Positions 1 through 8,103 of a stretch of 24,813 bases of DNA are shown piece after piece. How positions within the stretch are numbered: the stretch's first letter is position 1; each line of letters starts with the position of its first letter. Made by a program: the position numbers and the translations under genes. The notes under the pieces are model-generated. The model worked only from the letters and a program-made list of their open reading frames with translations. It searched no databases and was not told where the DNA came from. Origin of the DNA: a virus (Duplodnaviria; Caudoviricetes); the IMG/VR virus record IMGVR_UViG_3300017766_000902, positions 1-24,813 of that record. One strand, given 5' to 3'.

Positions 1-1
1 A

Positions 2-139
2 GTTAGAGTTGCCACGGCAAAAACACCTGCATCGGCATCTGATACTGGTACAACCGGAGAGATTTGCTGGGATGCCAATTACGTCTACGTTTGCACTGCC
101 ACGAACACATGGAAGCGCTCAGCAATCAGCACCTGGTAA
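2..139 (+). CDS. 3' end of a tail fibre/virion structural protein (partial)
   Basis: Manually translated frame ...VRVATAKTPASASDTGTTGEICWDANYVYVCTATNTWKRSAISTW*, a C-terminal motif typical of phage tail-fibre-like proteins. Confidence 0.7.
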   Translation, partial: VRVATAKTPASASDTGTTGEICWDANYVYVCTATNTWKRSAISTW

Positions 140-146
140 CGCCCTT

Positions 147-350
147 TAGACCTACTCACTGCGATGCCTCACGTTTCTTACTGCTGCCAGCGTTGCGGTG
201 AACAGATCGGGTGGGTTGGGAGATTCTTCCAGCTCATCCGTTGCGTTGATGCTTTGTGCGAAATCGCCGCTGAGCTTGAAGCCCAGTAGTCACCTTCTCT
301 AGTCACCTTCTAATTTGACTCAAATTTGAAGTTGGCCAGTCCACGTCGCT
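147..350 (+). repeat. dispersed 14-bp motif YAGWC-N4-TCNCT (147-160, 287-300, 337-350) plus tandem duplication TAGTCACCTTCT (287-298, 300-311)
   Basis: tagacctactcact, tagtcaccttctct, cagtccacgtcgct read directly. Confidence 0.55.
164..289 (+). CDS. small hypothetical protein with CxxC (41 aa)
   Basis: ATG164..TAG289, MPHVSYCCQRCGEQIGWVGRFFQLIRCVDALCEIAAELEAQ; flanked by AGWC-N4-TCNCT motifs. Confidence 0.45.
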   Translation: MPHVSYCCQRCGEQIGWVGRFFQLIRCVDALCEIAAELEAQ

Positions 351-416
351 AGGCGGGCAACCGGCCTGTTCAACAGGTTGCACCACTCTTAGCCTTAAGG
401 CACCGCCACACCACCC

Positions 417-734
417 ATGGCTGACACCTACACCTGGACCGTAAACCAGCTCGAACGACTGGCGCAAACCGGAGAGATTCAGACGGTTCACTATTCGGTG
501 GCCGCTCGCAGTGAAGATCAGGTGTACGCCAGCTCGGCCTACGGCAGCCTGGGCCTCGACCCCGCTGACCCAGACAACATGATCCCCTTCGCTGATGTCA
601 CCGAGGGCGAAGTGGTGAGCTGGGTGCAGGCCAAGTGCGGCGAGGAGAAGGTGGAAGAGATCCACCAGGCCCTCTCGGCGCAGATCGCAGAGCAGCGCAG
701 CCCTAGCAAGGCTGCAGGTGTGCCATGGGGGTGA
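417..734 (+). CDS. conserved phage hypothetical protein, tail-associated
   Basis: 105 aa ORF MADTYTWTVNQLER...IPFADVTEGEVVSWV...GVPW, a family commonly seen next to tail fibre genes. Confidence 0.75.
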   Translation: MADTYTWTVNQLERLAQTGEIQTVHYSVAARSEDQVYASSAYGSLGLDPADPDNMIPFADVTEGEVVSWVQAKCGEEKVEEIHQALSAQIAEQRSPSKAAGVPWG

Positions 735-832
735 TCCTTATGTGTACTGCATCACTGCTAGCCATCGCCATTCTCGGAATGATGGTCTGGCAGTGGTGTC
801 ACACTTCTGATTGGCAAGATCGCTATTGGTGA
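731..832 (+). CDS. small membrane protein (33 aa)
   Basis: GTGA overlap with upstream stop; hydrophobic LMCTASLLAIAILGMMVW segment. Confidence 0.45.
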   Translation: MILMCTASLLAIAILGMMVWQWCHTSDWQDRYW

Positions 833-965
833 CGATCAACGCAAAAGGGTGGCAGGTAGCCGGTCCTCACGCGGTGCCGGCCTCACCGCAGCCTGCCACT
901 GCGGATCGCCTAAACGCCTCAAAAGGGTTTAGGTGTCAAGCTTAGCAGGTAGCTAAGCTAATGGC

Positions 966-1214
966 ATGATCGAGCTGATCGCTGCTGTTGCCGGGGCTTC
1001 GATCTCCGTTGCCGCGATGGGCGCGATGGGAGTCAGTAGGCGCAACGATGAGGCGAGAGACGCCGTGGTGCGTTTGACCAGCGCCGTTGAGCACATAGCC
1101 ACCCAACTTGAAGTGCTCGGCAGCGACATCAAAGAAGACCGCAAGGAAACCTTTACGCGGCTGAATACGGTTGAGCAAAGGGTATCTAAGCTAGAGGCAC
1201 GGCCGCCTGCTTAG
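966..1214 (+). CDS. membrane-anchored coiled-coil protein of the lysis region
   Basis: N-terminal hydrophobic helix then heptad-like RLNTVEQRVSKLE; upstream of endolysin. Confidence 0.65.
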   Translation: MIELIAAVAGASISVAAMGAMGVSRRNDEARDAVVRLTSAVEHIATQLEVLGSDIKEDRKETFTRLNTVEQRVSKLEARPPA

Positions 1215-1216
1215 CC

Positions 1217-1357
1217 ATGGAGTTTCTTTCGCATCCTGCCTTCTGGATCTGCGTCGCTGCTGCCAGTGAGTTGATTGCGCTGTCGCCTCTGCGCGATAAC
1301 AGCATCATTCAACTGGTGTTTCATGCGCTGCGCGCGCTGAAAGGAAAAAAGCTTTGA
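1217..1357 (+). CDS. putative holin-like small membrane protein (46 aa) ending in slippery A_AAA_AAG
   Basis: MEFLSHPAFWICVAAASELIALSPLRDNSIIQLVFHALRALKGKKL*; hydrophobic with basic C-terminus, in lysis module. Confidence 0.65.
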   Translation: MEFLSHPAFWICVAAASELIALSPLRDNSIIQLVFHALRALKGKKL

Positions 1358-1590
1358 TCAGCTTTGGCAAGCTCGGTTGGCAGCGTCGACTAGAGCAAGC
1401 TATCCGTCAGTGGTGGTTTGAGCTGACGTTACCGGCCAAGCTGGATCAAGCCGAAGCGGAGTGGCACGCAGCGCAACCTGCGGAGCCAGAGCCGGTGATC
1501 ACTCATCACGCGGTTGACGATAACCTGCAGACAGGCGAAAGCCGCAAACTTGGCGGCGCAATGGAGATCAAGTCACCATGGTCAAACTGA
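1354..1590 (+). CDS. hypothetical protein, probably the -1 frameshift extension of 1217..1357
   Basis: Only a TTG start; lies in the -1 frame immediately after A_AAA_AAG at 1345-1351. Confidence 0.6.
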   Translation: MISFGKLGWQRRLEQAIRQWWFELTLPAKLDQAEAEWHAAQPAEPEPVITHHAVDDNLQTGESRKLGGAMEIKSPWSN

Positions 1591-2636
1591 CCGACCTATT
1601 CAAGTACTACAAACACGGCACGCCGCATCAAATGGCGGCCATCTCTGAATTAGAGGCTGAGCTATTAAAAGTTGCGCCTGAAGTCTTTAATAGGGATCAG
1701 CCGTGGCACAAGACTTGGCAGGCTGGCGGCAAGTTGCATAATTATGACCCAGCCATAAAACTCATTAAAGAGTTTGAGGGTGTGCATCTCAGCGCTTATC
1801 CAGATCCGCTGCACGGATGGGATGTGGCAACGATTGGCTACGGCACCACGCGCTACCCAGATAACCGCAAGGTGCAACGCGGCGACAAGATCACCGTGAT
1901 TGATGCCGATCAGTTGCTGGCGCTTGAGGTGGAACGCATCGCAGCAAAACTGCGCAACAGCGTGCCGTTTTGGAATGAGATGACGGGCAACAAGCAATGC
2001 GCGTTGATCTCCTTCGCTTACAACCTTGGCGCCGGCTTCTACGGCAGCACTGGTTTTGAGACCATCAGCAAATGCCTTGTCGGCAAGGACTGGCAGGCAG
2101 TGCCAGCAGCAATGGAGTTGTACCGCAACCCAGGCAGTGCCGTAGAGGCAGGTTTGCTGCGTCGTCGCCGCGCAGAAGGCAGGCTATGGGCTGGTGAGCA
2201 GCAGCAGGATCCATCCAAGCTGTCACCCAATAGCGCATTTACAGCTCGCATTACGCCGCACGTGCAGCTTGGTGAGTTTGCGCTATTTCAAGAAGCACGG
2301 CGCTTTGACTATCAATACCAGCTCGACACGGCAGCAGAGCTAGCGGCATTCCTTGAGCGTGCACGTGTCAAGTTTGGCGGCAAGCCCGTGGTCATCACCA
2401 GCGGCTATCGCCCGCGTGCCATCAATGCAGCGGTAGGTGGTTCCAGTGGTAGCGAGCACCTATACGATGCGCCTGACGTCGGTGCTGTTGATTTCTATAT
2501 CCGCGAGGTCAACATTAACCACGTGCAAGAGTGGTGCGATCAGAACTGGCCGTATTCACTCGGCTACGGCGCACCTAAAGGATTTGTGCATTTAGGAATG
2601 CGTCGCGGCAAGCCAAAGGTACGATGGGATTATTGA
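1578..2636 (+). CDS. endolysin: phage lysozyme (GH24) domain plus C-terminal peptidase M15-like domain
   Basis: IKEFEG..AYPD..TIGYG, ALISFAYNLG, GLLRRRRAEG (lysozyme); ITSGYR..N..VGG..SEH..AVD..FVHL (M15). Confidence 0.9.
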   Translation: MVKLTDLFKYYKHGTPHQMAAISELEAELLKVAPEVFNRDQPWHKTWQAGGKLHNYDPAIKLIKEFEGVHLSAYPDPLHGWDVATIGYGTTRYPDNRKVQRGDKITVIDADQLLALEVERIAAKLRNSVPFWNEMTGNKQCALISFAYNLGAGFYGSTGFETISKCLVGKDWQAVPAAMELYRNPGSAVEAGLLRRRRAEGRLWAGEQQQDPSKLSPNSAFTARITPHVQLGEFALFQEARRFDYQYQLDTAAELAAFLERARVKFGGKPVVITSGYRPRAINAAVGGSSGSEHLYDAPDVGAVDFYIREVNINHVQEWCDQNWPYSLGYGAPKGFVHLGMRRGKPKVRWDY

Positions 2637-2645
2637 AGCCACTGC

Positions 2646-2963
2646 GTGGATCACTGCATTGATGGCGCAAACCTCATCCCGAAACGCAGTGCAAAACATA
2701 GATTCAGGCAGCAAATCTTTGATGCATGGCAGCATCAATGTGCCTACTGCGGAGATGCAGCTGACACGTTAGATCACGTCAAGCCACGCCATAAAGGTGG
2801 CGCTACTGTAACGACTAATCTTGTGCCAGCTTGCAGGCCATGTAATCGAAAGAAGGGCAGCGAAGAATGGCAGCAGTGGTTCAATCAGCAGGATTCTTAT
2901 CTGCTAGATCGTGAGCTTGCTGTGCTGCATTGGATTCAAGCATCTGATGATAGAACACCCTAG
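2646..2963 (+). CDS. HNH endonuclease
   Basis: CAYCG..TLDHVKPRHKGG..NLVPACRPCNRKKG. Confidence 0.9.
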   Translation: MDHCIDGANLIPKRSAKHRFRQQIFDAWQHQCAYCGDAADTLDHVKPRHKGGATVTTNLVPACRPCNRKKGSEEWQQWFNQQDSYLLDRELAVLHWIQASDDRTP

Positions 2964-2986
2964 CCTGCCATTCTTGCTGGTGATCT

Positions 2987-3913
2987 TTACACATTCCAGC
3001 TAGGCAGACCCTCCAGACGTTCCCGACTTTCTGTATTGTTGGCGCCAAGTGGGGTGCCTGCCAGCGGGTTGCCTATCAGCATACGAAGGCGGCTGATGCC
3101 ACGCCTTTGTATTTCGCCCATGCGCGCACGTGACAGGCCCATGCGCTTTTCTAGGTCATTCCATGGCACTGGATTGCGACTGTTGCGTGCGTAGATGATT
3201 TCACGAGTGCGATCATCTAAATGCTCATCGCAATAGTCGCGCACCGTTTCAAGTTGCCAATCGTATTCAACGTCGTATTGTCTTTTATCGGCAATGATGT
3301 CAAGAATGTTAGATGATTCATCTTGTGCAGGCTTATCAAGACTTGTAACTCGATACGACTGCTGCAATGTGTCAGATATTACCTTAGGGGTCACATCAAG
3401 CACTGCAGCAAGCTCCGCCATGGTCGCTGTGCGTCCATGCTCTTGCGCAAATGCCTGCGCTGTCTTGTTGAGCTTGATCAGCATTTCATGCACGCCAAGA
3501 GGCAGCCTGATGATTGGATCGTATTGAATCAATGCACGCCCGATGGATTGACGGATCCACCAGTAGGCGTAGGTGCTGAATTTGTAGCCACGGGTGTAGT
3601 CAAACAACTCAACAGCGCGCGCAAGACCGATGTTGCCCTCCTGGATCAGATCCAGCATGTCAAGCGTTTGCGTGTTGCGCCTGCTGTACTTGCGTGCAAC
3701 ATGCACTACAAGCTGCAGGTTGGATTGCATGAACTTTTGCCGCGCGCGCTCACCGCTGCGTAGTTCACGGCGTTCTTGTGTTGTTAAAGGTCTTTCAAGA
3801 TCCTTTAATTCTCTCCACTTTGAGACGCGACGGCCAAGTTGTATCTCTTGTTGCGGCGTGAGTAATGGATACCGCGCGATACTGTTTAAGTAGTCGCCAA
3901 TAGCGTCAGACAT
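2987..3913 (-). CDS. rpoD: RpoD/sigma-70 family RNA polymerase sigma factor
   Basis: YLNSIARYPLLT, NLQLVVHVARKY, DLIQEGNIGL.RAVE.FD..RGYKFSTYAYWWIRQSI; likely start MSDAIG at 3913. Confidence 0.92.
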   Translation of the reverse strand: MSDAIGDYLNSIARYPLLTPQQEIQLGRRVSKWRELKDLERPLTTQERRELRSGERARQKFMQSNLQLVVHVARKYSRRNTQTLDMLDLIQEGNIGLARAVELFDYTRGYKFSTYAYWWIRQSIGRALIQYDPIIRLPLGVHEMLIKLNKTAQAFAQEHGRTATMAELAAVLDVTPKVISDTLQQSYRVTSLDKPAQDESSNILDIIADKRQYDVEYDWQLETVRDYCDEHLDDRTREIIYARNSRNPVPWNDLEKRMGLSRARMGEIQRRGISRLRMLIGNPLAGTPLGANNTESRERLEGLPSWNV

Positions 3914-4172
3914 GGAGAATCCGTTAGTACATACAATGGAAGCACAATTCCACGGTGCTGCCAATGCTGCGCAGCTACGTGCGTTACATGCTGCAGCAGA
4001 TTGGGGCGGACTGTTGGAATATGCGCTGCTGCTAGCCGAGCAAGAAGCAAGCCAGCGGTCTCAAATCCACTGGCTTGCGCAAGAAGCGTCGGCAGCGTTG
4101 CGGACTGGTCTAGAGCAGTGGCACCTAGATGCCGCTGAAGAACTGCTTCGAGGCCGTCGTCGTGAGATCTGA
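3912..4172 (+). CDS. hypothetical protein (start may be 3936)
   Basis: 86 aa helical ORF filling the gap between sigma and dcd on the opposite strand. Confidence 0.55.
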   Translation: MENPLVHTMEAQFHGAANAAQLRALHAAADWGGLLEYALLLAEQEASQRSQIHWLAQEASAALRTGLEQWHLDAAEELLRGRRREI

Positions 4173-4655
4173 GTTGTAATGGCCAGTGACGCTGTAGCTG
4201 GTCACCGGCTGCTGGCTCATGCGGAAGAACACCATCTGCCCGATCTTTAAGCCAGGCCAAAGCGGCAGTGGCAGGATCTGACGTGAGTTCTTCAGTTCCA
4301 AGGTCAGCACGCTGCCATGCCAGCCAGGATCTGCGTAACCGGCGTGCAGGTTTTCATAGCCTTCACGTGCGCGGCTTGACTTAAGGAAGAACAGGCCGGC
4401 AATGTTCTCCGGCATGTTGAACACTTCAATCGTCTGCGCAAGGATGAATTGCCCAGGCTTCAGCTCGTAAGGGTTCTCTGCCGTGCGTCCTGTAATGCTG
4501 AGCGGCCGCATGTTGAGGTTTTCAACAGACTCGATCATGATCGTGTCACCAAGCCGTAAGTCAAGGCTGGCGGGATTGATCAATGCCTCGTCGTAGTTCG
4601 GCACCATGCCATCGGTGCACAGCGCTTTGATCTCGTAGTCGCAGAGGATTGTCAT
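4125..4655 (-). CDS. dcd: dCTP deaminase
   Basis: INPASLDLRLG, KSSRAREG, AGYADPGWHG..TLEL.N, GLKIGQMVF. Confidence 0.9.
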   Translation of the reverse strand: MTILCDYEIKALCTDGMVPNYDEALINPASLDLRLGDTIMIESVENLNMRPLSITGRTAENPYELKPGQFILAQTIEVFNMPENIAGLFFLKSSRAREGYENLHAGYADPGWHGSVLTLELKNSRQILPLPLWPGLKIGQMVFFRMSQQPVTSYSVTGHYNSDLTTTASKQFFSGI

Positions 4656-4679
4656 TGGTTGAATGGGTAGTTGGTCTGA

Positions 4680-5036
4680 TTATTCGGGCAGCGTCTCCAG
4701 TGCGCGGCGGATAGTATCGGCAGCTCCTTCCTTGAGGTAGCCCCTGTCAAAACTGATGTGCAGCTCGTCAAGCGCCTGCTCCTTCAAACTCGGCGGCTTG
4801 GGCTCGGGGCGGCGGGTGGTGCGGAGATCTTGTGCAATATGAGCAACTGTGGTCACCTTCAATCGCTCGTACACATATTCACAACACGCCTTTAGCTCCT
4901 GATCTGCGCCCCATTGGACGGCGCGATTGGCAAGGTCTAAATGAAAGTTGGCTTGGGCAACCGTGCCACCAAAGTAAGCATCAACCCATTGCTGCACCAG
5001 CTCCGGCGGCGGGGTGATGGGATGTTGTTGTGTCAT
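4680..5036 (-). CDS. phage hypothetical protein
   Basis: MTQQHPITPPPELVQQW...WGADQEL.ACCE...PPSLKEQAL; coupled to upstream ORF. Confidence 0.7.
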   Translation of the reverse strand: MTQQHPITPPPELVQQWVDAYFGGTVAQANFHLDLANRAVQWGADQELKACCEYVYERLKVTTVAHIAQDLRTTRRPEPKPPSLKEQALDELHISFDRGYLKEGAADTIRRALETLPE

Positions 5037-5218
5037 TCAAGCCAGCTCCATGCAATGCGTTGGCAGATGCGCCATGCGTGTTTTTTGTCAATGCCGTAGC
5101 GTTCTGCTAGTTGTCTGTAGCTGTTACCAGCAACACGCAACTGGCGCAGTTCACGTACATGATCTTCTGTAAGAAACGCGGCGTAGTTTGCCTCGCCGCG
5201 CTTAAATGGATCACTCAT
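5033..5218 (-). CDS. small helix-turn-helix protein
   Basis: RGEANYAAFLTEDHVRELR...SYRQLAERYGID. Confidence 0.75.
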   Translation of the reverse strand: MSDPFKRGEANYAAFLTEDHVRELRQLRVAGNSYRQLAERYGIDKKHAWRICQRIAWSWLE

Positions 5219-5429
5219 CTACATGCAACAGCAACGCACGCATGTACCAGTCGGCTTTGCCGTAATCCTGATCGGCATTGCCCTTGTGCTCAGCGCGCCA
5301 CAGGTATTTGATGACGTTGCCTTTGCAGTAAGCGCGAAAGCCGTCATCACCGAGTGCTGCCTTAATGGCTTGAATGCACTCAATGTCGCCGTGCTTGTAA
5401 TGCGGCGGATGGTTGACGAGATCACTCAT
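5211..5429 (-). CDS. DUF3310 (SaV-like) protein
   Basis: DLVNHPPHY..GDIECI.AI...GNVIKYLWR..HKG...D..KA.WY. Confidence 0.85.
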   Translation of the reverse strand: MSDLVNHPPHYKHGDIECIQAIKAALGDDGFRAYCKGNVIKYLWRAEHKGNADQDYGKADWYMRALLLHVDE

Positions 5430-5577
5430 CACCTAAAGCCTCTGCCATGTCGCGGCGGATCAGATCAGCAATGCGCTGTTGATACAAGCCGGTGTAAGTG
5501 CAGCATGTCCGGCCGCTTTGCTCGTACAACCACTGCAAGTAGTCATCACGGCGCTGCTCAGTTTTGTGGTTGATCAT
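5422..5577 (-). CDS. small hypothetical protein (51 aa)
   Basis: Manual translation MINHKTEQRRDDYLQWLYEQSGRTCCTYTGLYQQRIADLIRRDMAEALGDE*; overlaps neighbours in operon fashion. Confidence 0.6.
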   Translation of the reverse strand: MINHKTEQRRDDYLQWLYEQSGRTCCTYTGLYQQRIADLIRRDMAEALGDE

Positions 5578-5713
5578 CTTGCGTCAGCTCCAGGAGTTCA
5601 AGAATATGCGCGGCAAATGCCACGTGTGTCATTACTGCATGGGTGCCGGGAGGGCGCCCGTAGGACGCCTCCCACCACTCCTTGAATGCAATGTCAAGTG
5701 TGGTTTCGTTCAT
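5558..5713 (-). CDS. small hypothetical protein (51 aa)
   Basis: Manual translation MNETTLDIAFKEWWEASYGRPPGTHAVMTHVAFAAHILELLELTQDDQPQN*; TGATG coupling to ssb. Confidence 0.6.
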   Translation of the reverse strand: MNETTLDIAFKEWWEASYGRPPGTHAVMTHVAFAAHILELLELTQDDQPQN

Positions 5714-6063
5714 CAGAACACAGGCTCCTCGCTGGTGGTTGCTGCGCCGCGTGGCATGAATTCAAAGCGCTGGATACTGAGCACATGCTTGCTGCGCTTA
5801 GCGCCGGTTTCCTTGTCGTTCCACTCTTGCCGGCGTACAGCACCAGTCACAAGGATGCTGTCGCCTTTTTTGAGCTTATCAACGATCAGCTCAGCAGATT
5901 TGCCCCAGATCTCGCAGTCGATTGCGTTATTGATCCAGTTGCCGTCTTTGTCTTTGCCTTCCTGGATACCACCAGCGAAGTTGGCAACCATGGTGCCGGA
6001 TTCAAAAGCACGCAGTTGCGGGTCGGTGATGATGCGAACGATGCCGGTTGCGTAAAGGCTCAT
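5713..6063 (-). CDS. ssb: single-stranded DNA-binding protein
   Basis: OB-fold DPQLR.FESG..VANF, CEIWGKSAE, LKKGD.I.VTG, acidic tail EEPVF. Confidence 0.9.
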   Translation of the reverse strand: MSLYATGIVRIITDPQLRAFESGTMVANFAGGIQEGKDKDGNWINNAIDCEIWGKSAELIVDKLKKGDSILVTGAVRRQEWNDKETGAKRSKHVLSIQRFEFMPRGAATTSEEPVF

Positions 6064-6064
6064 G

Positions 6065-6274
6065 TCAGTTCAGTGGTGTAATGCCATTGGCTTCTTCAAA
6101 AGCCAAGACTTGTGCAAGGGGATAGCGAACACGTGGCGTGCCTGCTGGTAGGCCAATGCGTGGTGCAGTGATGTAAGCAGGGCCAATACCGCGTGCACGC
6201 TGGTTTTTGATGGCGGCTGGCTTCAAGCCCCAACGTGCTGCCAGCTCATCAGTGGTGAGGAATGGTTCAGTCAT
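6065..6274 (-). CDS. excisionase/AlpA-like HTH DNA-binding protein
   Basis: FLTTDELAARWGL...RARGIGPAY...RVRYPLAQVLAFE. Confidence 0.8.
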   Translation of the reverse strand: MTEPFLTTDELAARWGLKPAAIKNQRARGIGPAYITAPRIGLPAGTPRVRYPLAQVLAFEEANGITPLN

Positions 6275-7019
6275 CAGCGAAGGGATCCTCCGATGGCGTG
6301 TCGGATAGAACCGCTTCGCGCTCTACAGCAAGGCGCAGCAACTCATCGTTCTGCTCATCGCTGAGATCAGGCTTGCGTTTATCCATGCGCGCTACCACCT
6401 CCTGCAGTTTGTCCAGCGTGTCGGCCTTGGCAATCGCAGCCTTGCCGGCCTGGAACAGCTTGGCGTCGCCTGCAGGTGCAGGTGCAGCGGTAACGGTCAC
6501 CGGCTCCACTTCTGCCTGCTGCATCTCATCGGTGCTGTACACGCCTGAAAGATTGGCGGGAAAAGCCCGGCGCAATGCCAATGCCTCAGAGCACTTGGCG
6601 ATCATCGCGGCACCCATCTTGGACCACAAGCCTTGGCCGGCATTGTAATCTTGGAACCGTGCCACTCCTGTGAATGGATGGCTAGCACCTTTGCGCCAGA
6701 TGGTGGTCTTGGCCGCGGCAGGTGGCTTGCTGCCTAGCCATACATCAGTCCACTGGCCGTCTTCACCGCACCATTCGGTGATGCTGCCATCCAGTTGCCC
6801 AGTGCGCTCGGCAATGGCACGCAAGCCGTCGATGCCGGCTTGGATGGTCATCTTTCCAGCCCGCTTGATTGCGTAGATCTGCTTGCTGAACGGATCCAGT
6901 CCAGTGCGCTGGCAGGCGTAAGCAAACAGGCGCAACTCGTCATTGCTGCAGCCAGGCGCAATGGTGGTCGAGATCAGCTGCGTTTGCTCTGGAGTCCAGA
7001 GCGTGATTGATGTGCTCAT
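6267..7019 (-). CDS. bet: phage recombination protein Bet/RecT (single-strand annealing)
   Basis: CQRTGLDPFSKQIY, IQAGIDGLRAIAERTG, W.KM...MIAKCSEALALRRAFP..LSGVYSTDEM. Confidence 0.9.
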   Translation of the reverse strand: MSTSITLWTPEQTQLISTTIAPGCSNDELRLFAYACQRTGLDPFSKQIYAIKRAGKMTIQAGIDGLRAIAERTGQLDGSITEWCGEDGQWTDVWLGSKPPAAAKTTIWRKGASHPFTGVARFQDYNAGQGLWSKMGAAMIAKCSEALALRRAFPANLSGVYSTDEMQQAEVEPVTVTAAPAPAGDAKLFQAGKAAIAKADTLDKLQEVVARMDKRKPDLSDEQNDELLRLAVEREAVLSDTPSEDPFADD

Positions 7020-7312
7020 TGTGCTTCAGTTAATGCTTTTGCGTCTTGAAATAAAGTGATCGCTTTAGCCAGAAAGATTCTGGTTTCTCGACTGAGCTTT
7101 GGAAAATCAGCCGCAACTTTGCTAAGCATTGCAGTGCTCCAGTCGTCCATCTTGATGCGATCCTTCAGTGAATGGCATTCTCGGCAGCAATCGACAGTAT
7201 CAATGCCGCCGTGCCGCATCGGAACAGGGAAATGATCGCCAGGGGCGGAGCGGGAAACGCTGTAAACGCAATCGCAATACACACAAATGCGGTGTACGCG
7301 ATGGTTGCTCAT
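7016..7312 (-). CDS. HNH-like endonuclease inserted between exonuclease and Bet
   Basis: From ATG7312: CVYC...GDHFPVP..HGG..TVDCCRECHSLK. Confidence 0.7.
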   Translation of the reverse strand: MSNHRVHRICVYCDCVYSVSRSAPGDHFPVPMRHGGIDTVDCCRECHSLKDRIKMDDWSTAMLSKVAADFPKLSRETRIFLAKAITLFQDAKALTEAQ

Positions 7313-8103
7313 TAAAAGTCCTCCGAAGTAATAGCAGACTCGTTGCGTAATGCCCATGAAGGTAGGCTGAGCGCTTGGCACGTGTCGCCGTAGCCAGGCC
7401 ACTCCTTGGTGGCTTGGCAGTCGGCAATCACGCGCATGTCACGTTGCCGTAGCTCATCACCAGCAGCCATGGCCGCGGCGTCCAGCTCGTAGACAGCAAC
7501 CGCATACGGAGCAGTCTTCTCAACGGCAATAAACACAAACCGCTCAGCACCGTGCAAGCCGGCTAGGTAGTGGCTCGCTTGCACATGGTAGCGGAAGGTA
7601 GCCACGCTACGGGCGAAGCCGGCAGGGCTGGCATCCGTGGTGGTCTTGAGATCCACCACAGTGCTGCCGTAGTACCAGTCAGGCCGGCACTTGCACCGCA
7701 GCCCGGTGCCGGCATCATCCCACCAGAAGGACTGCTCAGCCTTGCCATGGGCAAGCAGTGCTGCTGCTGCTTGGTGGCTGCGGACGGCATCGGCCATTGC
7801 CAGTGCCAATTCCATATCGCTGCCGGTGACGGCTTCAATGCCAGCAGCAGCCATGTCGGCAGCCTGCTCTTTGCCGGCCTTGGTGTTGCGTGGAGCGCAG
7901 ACGCCATAGCGGCCCGCTAGCTCACTGGGCTCAAGCACTGCGCAATGCACCAGTGAGCCAAGCCGCATAGCGGCAGTCGGCTCGGGTGCGCTGCGCTTGG
8001 GGTCGAGGTAGCGGCTCCAGTAGTGGTAGGGCGACTTGGCCACTGCGTGCAGGTGCGAAGCGCTGACGGCTGGGTCAGCGTGGTAGTCGGCGTTGCTGGT
8101 CAC
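7312..8103 (-). CDS. RecE/exonuclease VIII-like PD-(D/E)XK nuclease (DUF3799)
   Basis: YHADPAVSAS.L, AMRLGSLVHCAVLEP, CKCRPD..VVDLKTT, YHVQASHY, F.FIAVEK. Confidence 0.88.
   Translation of the reverse strand: MTSNADYHADPAVSASHLHAVAKSPYHYWSRYLDPKRSAPEPTAAMRLGSLVHCAVLEPSELAGRYGVCAPRNTKAGKEQAADMAAAGIEAVTGSDMELALAMADAVRSHQAAAALLAHGKAEQSFWWDDAGTGLRCKCRPDWYYGSTVVDLKTTTDASPAGFARSVATFRYHVQASHYLAGLHGAERFVFIAVEKTAPYAVAVYELDAAAMAAGDELRQRDMRVIADCQATKEWPGYGDTCQALSLPSWALRNESAITSEDF

Noticed and set aside
849-932. HDV-like or twister ribozyme (TCCTCAC loop, GCCGGTCC)
   Set aside because: I could not build the required P1/P1.1/P2 or T1/T2 pairings, so it is kept only as a generic structured RNA candidate
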